In this document: in pieces, positions 18,597-29,500 of the stretch
Numbering within the stretch: position 1 is the stretch's first letter
How the letters are laid out: each line of letters begins with the position of its first letter
NCBI GenBank assembly: GCA_040220235.1
Contig: JAVJTO010000063.1
Length of the DNA stretch: 64,000 nucleotides
Origin: Coleofasciculus sp. B1-GNL1-01
GTDB lineage: Bacteria; Cyanobacteriota; Cyanobacteriia; Cyanobacteriales; Coleofasciculaceae
Strand: one strand, 5' to 3'
Translations under genes and position numbers: made by a program
The notes under the pieces: generated by a model
What the model saw: only the letters and a program-made list of their open reading frames with translations
Told to the model about the DNA's origin: nothing
Databases searched by the model: none

Positions 18597-19949
18597 TCAC
18601 TTTTTATCCTCGTCCCCTAATCCTTTGAGCAATTTTCTGGCAATCAGTGTACCCACAACGGCACCCGCCACAACTTTCGCGGTTTTTCCGGTTACCTTGG
18701 GTTCTAAATATTCCTGATAAACGTCCTCTGTGAACCATTTCGCTGTCAACTTAAAATCTCGTAGGGGTGTGGGCAAGATATTTATATAAGTGCCTTGGCG
18801 AATTAAATGTCCGATTTCGCCATCCACCTCAACCTGATTCGAGATGTTTGCCGCCGCCTCTTCTAACCCTAGTTTCATCAGTGTGCCTCTGATGCTAACG
18901 TCAGCAGGCTTGGGTTCTCTGCCTTTGGCTAAGGCTTGGAGATTAGACGCGATCGCGTCTCCCTGTTGATGCGCTACCTGTGCTGTCGGCGGTAGGGATT
19001 TGCCCTCCACAGCCGCGCAATCACCGCCCGCGAAAACGTCGGGAAACTCTAACAGTTGCAGGGTTGGTTTAACCAAGGGACGACCTTTGCGATCGCGCTT
19101 TTCCTCAGCAATGGGTAAGTCCTTAATTAAAGGATGGGTGGAAGTCCCGGCTGTCCACACAATCGTTGCAGCGGGTAAGGTTTCCACCTTATCCCCCTGT
19201 TCATAGTCCAAGGAATCCGGGCGAACAGCAGTCGCTTGTGCCTCGTTAAGCAATTCCACCTTAACCGCACGGTTTTGCAACTCCTTGTGTGCTGTGTCTC
19301 GCAGGGGATCATTAATGTCACCTTTGAGAATTTCGCGTCCACGATTGAGCAGTACCACCCGAATTTCTTGGGATTGACCCCCCATTGCCTCATACCAAGG
19401 TGGCAGTAAATCAGCTAAGGTTGCGGCTAATTCAACTCCCGTCGGATCACCCCCAATGATGGCAAAGGTTAACAGTCGGCGGCGTTGTTCCCTGTCTTGG
19501 GTTTGCATCGCTTGGATCAGGCATTCCCGTAAGCGCTGATCTAGTGCGATCGCATCTTTTCCTTCCCGAAATGGCAAAGCATTCTCCTTTGCCCCCTCAA
19601 CGCCAAAATAGCCCGTGACGCTGCCTAAAGCTAAAACCAAATTGCTGTAAGGGCAAGAGGTTCCTGAGGCTAACGTAACTCGATTCTGGTGCAGGTCAAT
19701 GGTTTGCACCACATCTTGCACGAAAGTCACGCCGCTACCTTTAAGTAACTCCTCAAAACGAGGCATGACCTCTGGCTCCTCCATTTGACCACTGAAATAC
19801 TCATAGAGAAGGGGTTTAAAGCGAAAACGTTCTTCGCGATCGATAAGAATAACTGAGCGCGGATAATTGGAACGGCTTAAATGTATGGCAGTAAACAGTC
19901 CGGTAAACCCACCGCCGAGAATTACCGTTTGCTGAATTAAATCACTCAT
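18597..19949 (-). CDS. Type II NADH dehydrogenase-like FAD oxidoreductase
   Basis: ILGGGFTG, IIGGDPTGVELA, VFAGGD, LPPTAQVAHQQG. Confidence 0.9.
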   Translation of the reverse strand: MSDLIQQTVILGGGFTGLFTAIHLSRSNYPRSVILIDREERFRFKPLLYEYFSGQMEEPEVMPRFEELLKGSGVTFVQDVVQTIDLHQNRVTLASGTSCPYSNLVLALGSVTGYFGVEGAKENALPFREGKDAIALDQRLRECLIQAMQTQDREQRRRLLTFAIIGGDPTGVELAATLADLLPPWYEAMGGQSQEIRVVLLNRGREILKGDINDPLRDTAHKELQNRAVKVELLNEAQATAVRPDSLDYEQGDKVETLPAATIVWTAGTSTHPLIKDLPIAEEKRDRKGRPLVKPTLQLLEFPDVFAGGDCAAVEGKSLPPTAQVAHQQGDAIASNLQALAKGREPKPADVSIRGTLMKLGLEEAAANISNQVEVDGEIGHLIRQGTYINILPTPLRDFKLTAKWFTEDVYQEYLEPKVTGKTAKVVAGAVVGTLIARKLLKGLGDEDKK

Positions 19950-20106
19950 TACTAATGTTAAAACCTCCTAAATTTGCAAGACTTTCCCCTGCTTCCCCTG
20001 CTTCCCCTCACCACAACACTTATTTAGCAACCCCTATTTAGGGTTTGCCCTGAAGTTAGTCCATTTGAATGGACTTGAGCTTTTAGCCCGGAGTTTGAAC
20101 TCCGGG

Positions 20107-20499
20107 CTACTCCTCACATCCCTGCTCAGAGGTTTCGCCATCGGGCATAATCACACCGCAAAGGTTCGCCCGTTTCAGATTCGCATCAGTCAAATTCGTT
20201 AATCTCAAATAAGTCCCCCTCAAATCAGCCCCTTTGAGATTCGCATCGGTCAAATCTGCCCGCCTCAAGTCGGCTTCTCTGAGATCCGCCCCTCTTAAAT
20301 CCGCATCTCTCAAATCAGTATCTCTCAGATCAGCGAGTCTCAAGTCTGCATCTCTCAAATTCGCCCCTTCCAAAGCACATCGGCGACAGGTTCCAGTTTC
20401 CAATAATTGGCGAACCTGATCCGCATTTTCTGCCCGGATGGGAGTCGCTAATCCTAATCCAGTCAGGAAAAAACACACAACCAACAGTTTTGGATACAT
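20107..20499 (-). CDS. Secreted pentapeptide-repeat protein
   Basis: Signal peptide; A(D/N)LRx repeats; flanking cysteines. Confidence 0.9.
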   Translation of the reverse strand: MYPKLLVVCFFLTGLGLATPIRAENADQVRQLLETGTCRRCALEGANLRDADLRLADLRDTDLRDADLRGADLREADLRRADLTDANLKGADLRGTYLRLTNLTDANLKRANLCGVIMPDGETSEQGCEE

Positions 20500-20662
20500 T
20501 TTGCCTTTCCTTGTCAAGTACCTATAGATGTATTGTGCCAAACGATACGGTAGAGATTTCTTTATAGTGTCCCGAATTATCCAATCAATTCAACCTAACT
20601 GGTGAACTCTCCAGCAACTGAGTTCGCTACCCTGAAAGATAGTGACATACAAGTGCTTAACC

Positions 20663-21022
20663 ATGAACGAACCAATTCGCACAGAAGAAAGCGTCGAGGA
20701 AATTAACGCTAACACCGTTCCTCTAGAAAATGAGTTACAGTCTATTGAACCCGACGTTGATACCACAACCCAAGTCAATGTTGAAGAATTCACCATTAGT
20801 GGCGATGACTTAGTGGGTAAGGTCAGGGAACTGATCCATCAGGGTAACATTCGCCGGATTATCGTCAAGAATGAAGAAGATCAAATCTTAATCGAAATTC
20901 CCCTAACCGTTGGCGTCGTTGGTGGAGTCGTTGGGGTGACGCTGTTTCCCGTCATCGCGGCTGTCGGCGCGATCGGGGCGCTGGTGGCTCGTTTGAAACT
21001 CGTGATTGAGCGACGAGAATAA
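20663..21022 (+). CDS. DUF4342 domain protein
   Basis: EEFTISGDDLVGKVRELIHQGNIRRIIVK..IEIPLTVG. Confidence 0.9.
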   Translation: MNEPIRTEESVEEINANTVPLENELQSIEPDVDTTTQVNVEEFTISGDDLVGKVRELIHQGNIRRIIVKNEEDQILIEIPLTVGVVGGVVGVTLFPVIAAVGAIGALVARLKLVIERRE

Positions 21023-21767
21023 CCCTTGGGCAATACGAAAAATCAGGGATTGGAATAAGAGCGGATTTTGTCCTTCGGTTATCAGTGACCGAAAATATGG
21101 GATTCAAGCCCCGTCCTTTTAGGACGGCTTTTATTCCCTTTGTCTGTTAGAATTTTGATGTAGAAGTTTTCCACGTCAATGATTGTACTAGAGTTCAAAG
21201 CTCAAGGGAAAACAACTCAATACACGGCAATAGACGAAGCAATCAGAACCGCTCAGTTTGTTCGGAATAAATGCGTCCGCTATTGGATGGATAACCCAGG
21301 GGTAGGGCAAAAAGATTTGTATCGTTATAACACCGCGTTAAGGGCTGAGTTTCCTTATGTTAAGGCTTTGAACTCTCATGCTTGTCAGGCATCTGTTGAA
21401 AGAGCTTATTCTGCCATTGCCAGATTCTACGATAATTGTCGGAAAGGACTTCTTGGCCAGAAAGGTTATCCACGCTTTAAGAAGAATACTCGCTCAGTGG
21501 AGTATAAGACTTCGGGGTGGAAACTCTCGGAAACTCGCAAGCGGATTACTTTCACTGATCAAAAAGGAATAGGCTCGCTCAAACTCAAAGGGACGTGGGA
21601 CTTAAACTACTATCAACTTGAACAAATCAAACGGGTTAGATTGGTGCGTCGTGCAGACGGCTACTACGTTCAGTTTTTAGCAAAAACGCCGGAAGCCCCA
21701 CGCCGTCCTGAAAGGCGGCGCTGGGATGGATAGGCGGTTAATCACTGGGGTTCGATACCGAGAGTGA

Positions 21768-22205
21768 TTAACGAGTAGGTGCATTCTGTCCGCGAATATA
21801 TCGTTCCAGAACCTCGATATTCGCTCCACCCACAGACTCAATAGCATAGGAGTCATTCCAGAATTCCCTTTTGCTATCGTCATCCTTTTTCCAAAAGAAC
21901 TGAGCCAGATGCTCAGAAAACTCCTTGTTAACCTTACCACTAGTAACAGTCTTCAAGTTATTGATGAACTTAGAAAGTTGCATCTGTGGGTAATAAGAAA
22001 ACAGCAGATGAACATGGTCATCCTCTCCGTTGAATTCAATCACTGTTACTCCCCATTTTTCGCACAGCCCCCTAATGCTGGTTTCGAGCTGTTCTAGTAG
22101 TGCAGCATTAATGCACTTCGCTCGATACTTGGTCGTCAGCACTAAATGTGCTTTAAGGTCTGAGACGGAGCGAGAACTAGACCTGTAGCGTTTCTTTTTA
22201 ACCAT
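21768..22205 (-). CDS. tnpA: IS200/IS605 Y1 (HUH) transposase
   Basis: HLVLTTKYR, EDDHVHLL (HUH), FWNDSY, catalytic YIRGQ. Confidence 0.95.
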   Translation of the reverse strand: MVKKKRYRSSSRSVSDLKAHLVLTTKYRAKCINAALLEQLETSIRGLCEKWGVTVIEFNGEDDHVHLLFSYYPQMQLSKFINNLKTVTSGKVNKEFSEHLAQFFWKKDDDSKREFWNDSYAIESVGGANIEVLERYIRGQNAPTR

Positions 22206-22225
22206 AGTGCGGTACAATATAAGAC

Positions 22226-23617
22226 ATGAAAACAGCCTACCAATACCGCCTGTATCCCAGTGACAAGCAAAAGATCTCCCTCAACAATGGATTGAGGGTT
22301 TGTCGCTATTGGTACAACCGGATGCTGGGTGAACGACTGGATTGGTGGGAGCAGAACCGATGTCCGGTTAATTCCTGTCCCCTGATTTGTCACTTGCCCG
22401 AACTCAAGGAACGTCCCAACTACTACAACCAGAAGAATCAACTACCTAGCATCAAGGAAGACTTGGTACTGGTGAGATGGTCAGGAGAACTCTTAGACTT
22501 CAGTGATATCTATTCGACTATCTTGCAGGATGTCTGCAAGCGAGTTGACAAGGCATTCGAGCGATACATCAAGGGGGACAAGGATGGGAAACGCTCTGGC
22601 AAGCCTCGGTTTAAGAGCGAGTCTCGTTATCGCACGATGGTCTTTGATGGGGCAAAGAATGAGTGGTTGAAGTTCTGCACGGTCAACGGTCGTTGGCTCT
22701 ACCTAAGGCTTCCCAAGATTGGGTTAGTCAAGGTGAGAACTCATCGCCCGATACCAGATGGTTTTAACCTCAAGCAGGTCAGTGTTACGAACAAATCTGA
22801 CGGCTGGTATGTGTCATTCATTTTAGACGACCCATCCGTTCCAGACTTTACCCCAGATAAGACAATCCCGACTTGGGACAATTCGATGGGACTAGATGCT
22901 GTCCTGAACGAAGATGTGTATATTGCCACCTCTGAAGGTGAAAGCATCCCCTCTCTTAAGCCCCTGAGGAAAAACCTCGACAAGCTAGGGAAGTTGCAGA
23001 CCAAGCGAAACGCTAAAAATAAAGGGTCTCGCCGTCGCCGTAAACTAGCCAAAAGAGAAGCAAGGTTTCATCAGCGCATTGCTAGGAGTCGTCAAGATTT
23101 CCAGTACAAGAGTGCGTACAAATTGGTGCGAACCGGGAAGAAGGTGTTTTTCTGTGAGGACTTAAACCTCAAAGGATTGACCAAGCGTAATGCACCTAAA
23201 CAAGATGATGACGGGAAATACCTTCCCAACGGGCAATCCGCAAAGTCAGGACTGAACAAATCCTGGCTGGATGCTGCATTCGGACAATTCTTTTCCACGC
23301 TAAGTTACATAGCTGCAAAAGCTGGGGCTGTGGTCGTTGAAAAGAATCCTGCTTATACTTCCCAAATCCTCTGCTATCGAGACGAGTTTGTATTCACAGA
23401 TTGTTCGATTCGAGAGTATTGGGATGAACAGTTGCAAATCTGGGTTGATAGAGACATTAATGCTGCTATCAACCTAAAACGTGTAGGGCTGGACGTGTTC
23501 CCTACCCTAAAACGCCGTAAAGGGAATCCTGTAGTGGTTTCTTCCACTACTAATAGTACCTTGAAGGAAGTTTTGACCGCCTTATTCAAGGCATCAGAAG
23601 CCCACGCTGTCCCGTAA
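22226..23617 (+). CDS. tnpB: TnpB RNA-guided endonuclease (degenerate zinc finger)
   Basis: AYQYRLYP, GKPRFK, MGLDA, FCEDLNL, PAYTSQ, DRDINAA. Confidence 0.93.
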   Translation: MKTAYQYRLYPSDKQKISLNNGLRVCRYWYNRMLGERLDWWEQNRCPVNSCPLICHLPELKERPNYYNQKNQLPSIKEDLVLVRWSGELLDFSDIYSTILQDVCKRVDKAFERYIKGDKDGKRSGKPRFKSESRYRTMVFDGAKNEWLKFCTVNGRWLYLRLPKIGLVKVRTHRPIPDGFNLKQVSVTNKSDGWYVSFILDDPSVPDFTPDKTIPTWDNSMGLDAVLNEDVYIATSEGESIPSLKPLRKNLDKLGKLQTKRNAKNKGSRRRRKLAKREARFHQRIARSRQDFQYKSAYKLVRTGKKVFFCEDLNLKGLTKRNAPKQDDDGKYLPNGQSAKSGLNKSWLDAAFGQFFSTLSYIAAKAGAVVVEKNPAYTSQILCYRDEFVFTDCSIREYWDEQLQIWVDRDINAAINLKRVGLDVFPTLKRRKGNPVVVSSTTNSTLKEVLTALFKASEAHAVP

Positions 23618-24396
23618 GGGCAGCGCTGGGTACGTCACTCAAAGCAGAAGTTAAAGTAGACAGTCAACCAACAGGTAAAGCGATTGGGTTGGATGTAGGA
23701 CTCAAAGAGTTCTACACAGACTCCAATGGGCATACTGAACCTAACCCTAGATTTTATCGAACGAGCGAGAAACGTTTAAAGTTTAGACAAAAGCGCGTCT
23801 CTCGTAAAAAGAAAGGCTCATCCAACCGCAAGAAAGCCATTAATCGATTAGGACGAGTGCACCTTAAAATAAGTAGGCAACGTGAAGAACACGCGAAGAG
23901 AGTAGCGCGTTGCGTTATCCAATCTAACGATTTGGTCGCCTATGAAGACTTGAGGAGCGGGAATTTAGCTAAAAATCATTGTCTTGCCAAGTCGATCTGC
24001 CAAGTCGATCAATGATGCGGGTTGGTATCAATTTAGGAAATGGCTAGAGTATTTTGGGACTAAGTTGGGTAAAGTAACGGTTGCTGTTAATCCAGCGTAT
24101 ACCTCCCAGAAATGCTCTAGCTGTGGTGCAGTTGTCAAAAAATCTCTATCAACTCGGACTCATGTTTGTCAATGTGGGTTCACCACAGATAGGGATTGGA
24201 ATGCTGCCATTAACATCCTAAAATTAGCCTTGAGTACGCTAGGGCATAGCGGAACTTGGGTCATAGACTCGAACGCTTCTGGAGATTCGACCTCTACCTT
24301 AGCTGGAGCAATCCTGCTTGGGCAAGTTGGGTCTATGAATGAAGAATCCTCGACCCTTTAGGGCGAGGAGTGTCAATTAATGCCTTCTGTTGTCCA

Positions 24397-25161
24397 TCAG
24401 CGCAAAAATTCTGAAGGCAAAAGCGGTTGATTGGTTTGTTCAGTTTTCAACGTCGGCGGACGTACATTCCCAGGCGTTGGGGGTTTTGATGGAAGTTCAT
24501 AGCGCTGCGTTCCCCAACCCCAATTCCTATCTTCAGGTTTAACCACAGGGGGAGTTTTTCGACCCGTTGGCAAAGGAATCCGTTGGCTTTGAGTGACTTT
24601 AACATAAGGCTGACCTTCGTTCGTAAAGCGAACCAGTTGACCTTCAAGTTCGGGTGTTTGGATGGTTTGATTTTCTACAGTTGGCAGTTGACCCTGTGGA
24701 TCAAATAATGCCACAAACGATACATCAGCAGAGGGTTGCAAGGAATCACCAATGGGCGATTGATCCAGTTGCCATGCTTCTCGGAAATATCCATCGGGCG
24801 CTACTTGCCATAAATTTAGCGTAGCTTGCCATTTTCCGTCCTCAACTCTGACCACTTGACGATCCAGAATGGAATAAGGAGAATACGATTCATCGCGATA
24901 AACCGCCTGATCCGGAAACCGTAAATCGCGAATTGCGGCTACGGTAATTTGACTTTGATCAGGGAGATTAGTTGTGCCACTCAAGCTGTAGAGTCCAGGA
25001 CGACCTGCGGCTTGGGCGTTGAGTGTTAAATTTATATCTTCTGAGTCTTGAAATGAACAGCTTGTACACCAAAGTAATAGTAGGACTACAATCATCCAAT
25101 TCCGAAAAAAAGATAGGCGGCGCATTTTAAGGGCAGACGGTGGGTAAGATTGACAGAACAT
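24397..25161 (-). CDS. Conserved cyanobacterial hypothetical exported protein / possible lipoprotein
   Basis: Hydrophobic stretch followed by CTSC; LSGTTNLPDQSQITVAAIR. Confidence 0.7.
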   Translation of the reverse strand: MFCQSYPPSALKMRRLSFFRNWMIVVLLLLWCTSCSFQDSEDINLTLNAQAAGRPGLYSLSGTTNLPDQSQITVAAIRDLRFPDQAVYRDESYSPYSILDRQVVRVEDGKWQATLNLWQVAPDGYFREAWQLDQSPIGDSLQPSADVSFVALFDPQGQLPTVENQTIQTPELEGQLVRFTNEGQPYVKVTQSQRIPLPTGRKTPPVVKPEDRNWGWGTQRYELPSKPPTPGNVRPPTLKTEQTNQPLLPSEFLR

Positions 25162-25205
25162 AGTTATTCGTCATTTGTCATTTGTCTTCGGAGCCAAGTA
25201 TTCCC

Positions 25206-25467
25206 CTGTAGGAGAGGGTTTAGGGACTCTGTAGGGGTGGGTTTAGGGACTCTGTAGGGGCGGGTTTAGGGACTCTGTAGGGGCGGGTTTAGGGACTCTG
25301 TAGGGGCGGGTTTAGGGACTAAAGTCAGCTATTCGACCCATAAGTAAAAAACAAAACCCGCCCTTTCTCACCCATAAGTAAAAAACAAAACCCGCCCTTT
25401 CTCATCCATAAGTGAAAAACAAAACCCGCCCTTTCTCACCCATAAGTGAAAAACAAAACCCGCCCTT
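25206..25467. repeat. 5 x 23-bp (CTGTAGGGGCGGGTTTAGGGACT) followed by ~4 x 34-bp (..ACAAAACCCGCCC..) tandem arrays
   Basis: Directly counted; the two units carry complementary GGGCGGGTTT / AAACCCGCCC arms. Confidence 0.92.
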
Positions 25468-25713
25468 ATTCAATTAGGGTTATGTAGAGGCGTGCATAAG
25501 TCATAAATTCTAGGTGACAAAATGCTTCCACTACCACTAATTGTGCTGAATTGAGATGCTTCCCTAACCGACTACGTCTGGAACAGCATCGGATTTGATG
25601 GCTGAACCAATGTTATAGTAGTCCCATCGACTGACCATCATAGCAATTTTATTGGCATACTGTGTAGGTATGTACGATCAAATCTTGGAGCTGGGATGAA
25701 CGAAGGTATATCT

Positions 25714-25812
25714 TAAGCTGTCATACATTTAAATTGGGTATAAGTCGCCAATTAATTGCACGACAAGAATTCGGCTATTCTTGGCAACAAGCTTTAAATA
25801 ACGAACAGCTTA
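25714..25812. repeat. MITE-like element with TAAGCTGT...ACAGCTTA ends
   Basis: Relative at 37579-37707; partial copies at ~48787 and ~49628. Confidence 0.7.
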
Positions 25813-25901
25813 GACATTGCCTCATTTTAAGGAATACCCAGTCACGCACAAACATCCAAAACCATTAGCTTATTTTCACCGATTTCAATAATTTAAAAGT
25901 A

Positions 25902-26414
25902 ATGCTTGACTTAGCCAAAATAAAACTTATAGCTCAATCCTATTCCCCTCAAGAATTATTCGCTGCCCTAGTTTGGCAACGCCGCTTCAATGAGTTTGAC
26001 GGTGAGGAAGTGATTACAGATCTTGCCAACAACTCATCGTTATGGGCAAGTTTTCTGTTCACGAAACCGATTTTTGCCCCCGACGAAAATGGTTTAAGCT
26101 TTGGCGGTGTGATTGATACGCTTCTGGCAATGGCAAACTATCGTCCAATGCCGGAAACCAGTATTCTTCGTTTTGTCGCTTATCCAGCAGATACACTCTA
26201 TATTCTGGCAGAAAACCAAGACACAATCGTGTCTCAGCTTTTAGACTTAGGCAAAAAGTGGCGAGCTGACTCAGTAGATATAACCGATGGTACAAATGAA
26301 GACTACACTTGGCGACTCAAACGGCGACTGATGGCTCGATTAGAAGCTGGGGTTTCGGATCAGGAAATGCAACGCGATCGCGACGCGGTGGTGATGTCCT
26401 ATTGGTGGGATTGA
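25902..26414 (+). CDS. Hypothetical protein
   Basis: Clean 170-aa ORF ending YWWD; no recognised motif. Confidence 0.75.
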   Translation: MLDLAKIKLIAQSYSPQELFAALVWQRRFNEFDGEEVITDLANNSSLWASFLFTKPIFAPDENGLSFGGVIDTLLAMANYRPMPETSILRFVAYPADTLYILAENQDTIVSQLLDLGKKWRADSVDITDGTNEDYTWRLKRRLMARLEAGVSDQEMQRDRDAVVMSYWWD

Positions 26415-26508
26415 AGGTTAACCGAAGCTTTCCTTATCCCCTACTGTACAATAATTGAACAAGCAGACCTGATAGGAATAACGCGCTGGCAGAATGCTGG
26501 CTTAGATC

Positions 26509-29500
26509 ATGGCTGATCCAAACTGGGAAACCCTGAAGACGTTTCTCCACCAATTGTTGTTGATTACTTTACCCAGCAACGAGGATGTATCTGTGGTGCA
26601 TACGTTCCTGGCAGAGAACTCTGATAAGCTGAATGAGAGGTTTGCCCTGGTGCTACAGGAATGGGCGATCGCAAGGTTGGCTGAATTGGATGATCGTCAC
26701 AAGCCGGATCTGGCAAGACGCCTGCGGGGAATTAGTCAGTTTATTAACCAGTTTCCCGGCGGCGATCGCACGGATCATCTGGAAATTGTCCGCATTAGCT
26801 ACGAAATTGCGGCTCAGGTTTTCACTCAGGCTGATGATCCCCAGGATTGGGCGGAAACTAACTATTATTTGGGGTTAATTTATTTAGAGCGGAATAAAGG
26901 CGATCGCATCAGGAACCTACGCCAAGCCATTCAACGATTGGAAGCCGCTTTAACCGTCTACACCGCCGCGTTTCCCGATCAACGAGCCGAGATAGAAACG
27001 CACTTGGAATGCGCTTACCTAGAAATTCGACAGCATGAGTCAATTGAACCCAGCCATCCTATCCTATCTTCAACCCCTGCATTATCTCCGTCAGCAACTC
27101 CCCAAGTCAGTGAAGCCGACATCGCCGCGATTCAACCCCCTGCATTTCGTGCGATCGCTCAAAGCCTACTCGATGCAGAAAAATTAACCGCTGTAGAAAT
27201 TACTCCCGCTTCCCAGGAAAAGGCGGAACCTTTACCCCAGAATTTACCCAAGGTTCTCCACTACGCCTTAAATACCATTGGAATTAACTCTCTATGGTCT
27301 CATCAGTACGCCTCATTACAGGCGTTGCGTCAAGGGGGGGATATTTTACTCTCAACCCCAACAGCCAGTGGCAAAACTCTGGCGTTTCTTCTCCCAATTC
27401 TGGAAACCTGTCTGATCAATCCCCACAGCACCGCCCTATTTATTTTTCCCTTAAAGGCGTTGGCGGTGGATCAGTTGCGGCAAATTCACGACATTATTGA
27501 CCTAATCCCGAAGTTTCAGCGGATTAATGTAGTGATGCTGACGGGAGATGTTCCCATGGCTGAACGGATTAAATTATTAGAACAATCGCCGCAAATTGTT
27601 TGTATCACCCCTGACTTACTCCACCATCAACTTTTTAAACTTTTTAAACCCCAATGGCAGTCGTGGCAATGGTTTCTGAGAAATCTGTGTTATTTGGTGA
27701 TTGATGAAGCCCATACTTATCGCGGTAGTTTTGGCGCTCACTTTGCCAATCTAATGCGACGGTTGCGATTAGCGATCGATCAAAGTGGTGGAGATTCCAC
27801 TCAATTACAACATATCTTTGCCACGGCAACAATTGGCAATCCAGGGGAATTAGCCGAAACCTTTAGTGGAAGACGGGGAAATTTATCGCTAATCGAGAAC
27901 AGTGGTGCAGCAACGGCGGCGCGGACAACCCTCTGTTTAGCCCCGTCTAAGTATGCCAATATTGACTCGTGTGCGATTGTCTTGTCTTGGTTAGAGCAAG
28001 GATTAAAGGGGATTGTTTTTTGTAATAGTCGCATTTCCCTCAAATCTCTCTTAAACCAGATCCAAGAACATCTAGAACAACGGGGACAAGGTTACCTTAA
28101 ATCCCAAGTGAGAATATTTTATGGTTCCCTTAAATCTCATCATCGTCGCCAAATTATTCAGCAACTGAGTGCGGGAGAAATTAGCATTATTCTGGCAACC
28201 TCAGCCTTAGAAGCAGGGATTGATATTCCAGAACTGGATTGTTGCTTACTGCGCGGTTATCCCGGTTCACTGATGCAGTTACGTCAACGTCAAGGAAGGG
28301 CGGGACGAAAAAGCCCTGGTTTAGTGATTTTTCTGCCCATTGCCCAAAACGCCTTGGATTATTTTTATGGGAATAACCCGGACTTATTGTTAAGAGGTGA
28401 AGTTGAAAGTGCGGTATGTAATCCCGATTATCAAGTCTTCCTCAAACAGCATTTACTTTGTGGGGCTTGTGAGAGTGGTATTCCGTTGGAGAAATTCTAT
28501 CAGTATTTTGGTCAGTCCGCCGCAGACATTGCTATTCAGTTGATGAATCAAAACCAGTTATCCCTCTCTCGCCACCAGCACTTGTGGACGAAACCTTATC
28601 CCCATAAAGACGTGCAAATGCGAGGAACGAACCATTTTACGGTGACATTAGTGGATCAACAGACGGGAGAAGAATTTGAGGAATTGGATGAAAAGCACGC
28701 CCAGCGAGAAGTCTTTCCTGAGGCAATTTATCAGCATCAGTCACCTTGGGGCGATCGGGTTTGGTATTCTTGTCAAAGTCTGGATTTGGAAAATCAACAG
28801 GCAATTTTAAAACCTCTAGCTGAAGATCCCCAGCAGTTAACTCGTGCGGAACAAGAAACTGAGATTGAACTCAAATCTTACTTAGCTGAACCGAAGATTT
28901 TGCCAACAAGAATTCCGGAAGGACGAATACGCCTAATTCTGGGTTGGGGAGAAATTACCGATTACGTTAATGGATATACACTCTACAGTCTAGAATACGA
29001 CAAAACCTGCCAAAATTTTCAATGTCGGCGGTATCATACACCTGTCAAAGAAGCTCAATGTCCAGACTGTCGGCGCAGGACACGGTTTGCTGAAATCCAG
29101 AAACGGATTAAAACGGTGAATTTTGAGCAGCCTTATTTAACTCGACTGGAAGCACCTGTACTGCAAATTGAAGTTAATCAACCGATTCAGGACTATTTGA
29201 CTCAACAGGTTAAAGGAATCAAACAAAAATTGATTCAGCAGTATGGGAAGAATATTCCGAGTGACTATACCTGTCTGTGGTCTTGTCCACCCGAACGGAT
29301 TGCGTTACATTCTATTACCCACCAAATTAATTTGGCTGTACCCTTATTAATTTTGAGTGAGACTCAAGAGGTAAATAGTCTAATCGTGAACAAACCCAAC
29401 CGTCAACACACCTTACCCACAATTGGCTATTGGTTTGATACAACACCAGGGGGAAATGGGGTATCTGAGGCTATTTTTCATCGCTTCTGGGACTTTGCGT

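Larger units (their letters stand above)
21681..23638 (+). mobile_element. Inner autonomous IS605-type element (divergent tnpA and tnpB)
   Basis: Inserted 3' of TTAG with no target duplication; left hairpin at 21686-21737; right hairpin at 23601-23630 ending TCAC. Confidence 0.93.
21179..24361 (+). pseudogene. tnpB: Outer tnpB, split by insertion 21681-23638 and frameshifted by a 13-bp duplication at 23985-24010
   Basis: Joining 21680 to 23639 restores YYVQFLVKAEVKVDSQPTGKAIGLDVG; later AYEDL, YTSQKCSSC, DRDWNAA. Confidence 0.93.
21090..24376 (+). mobile_element. Outer IS200/IS605 tnpB-only element, interrupted by a nested element
   Basis: Left end after TGAC, with guide CAAG and hairpin CCGTCC-TTTTA-GGACGG; right end GAAT-CCTCG..CGAGG-AGTGTCAA. 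Confidence 0.88.

Noticed and set aside
25206..25467. CRISPR array
   Set aside because: Head-to-tail repeats of REP arms without variable spacers.
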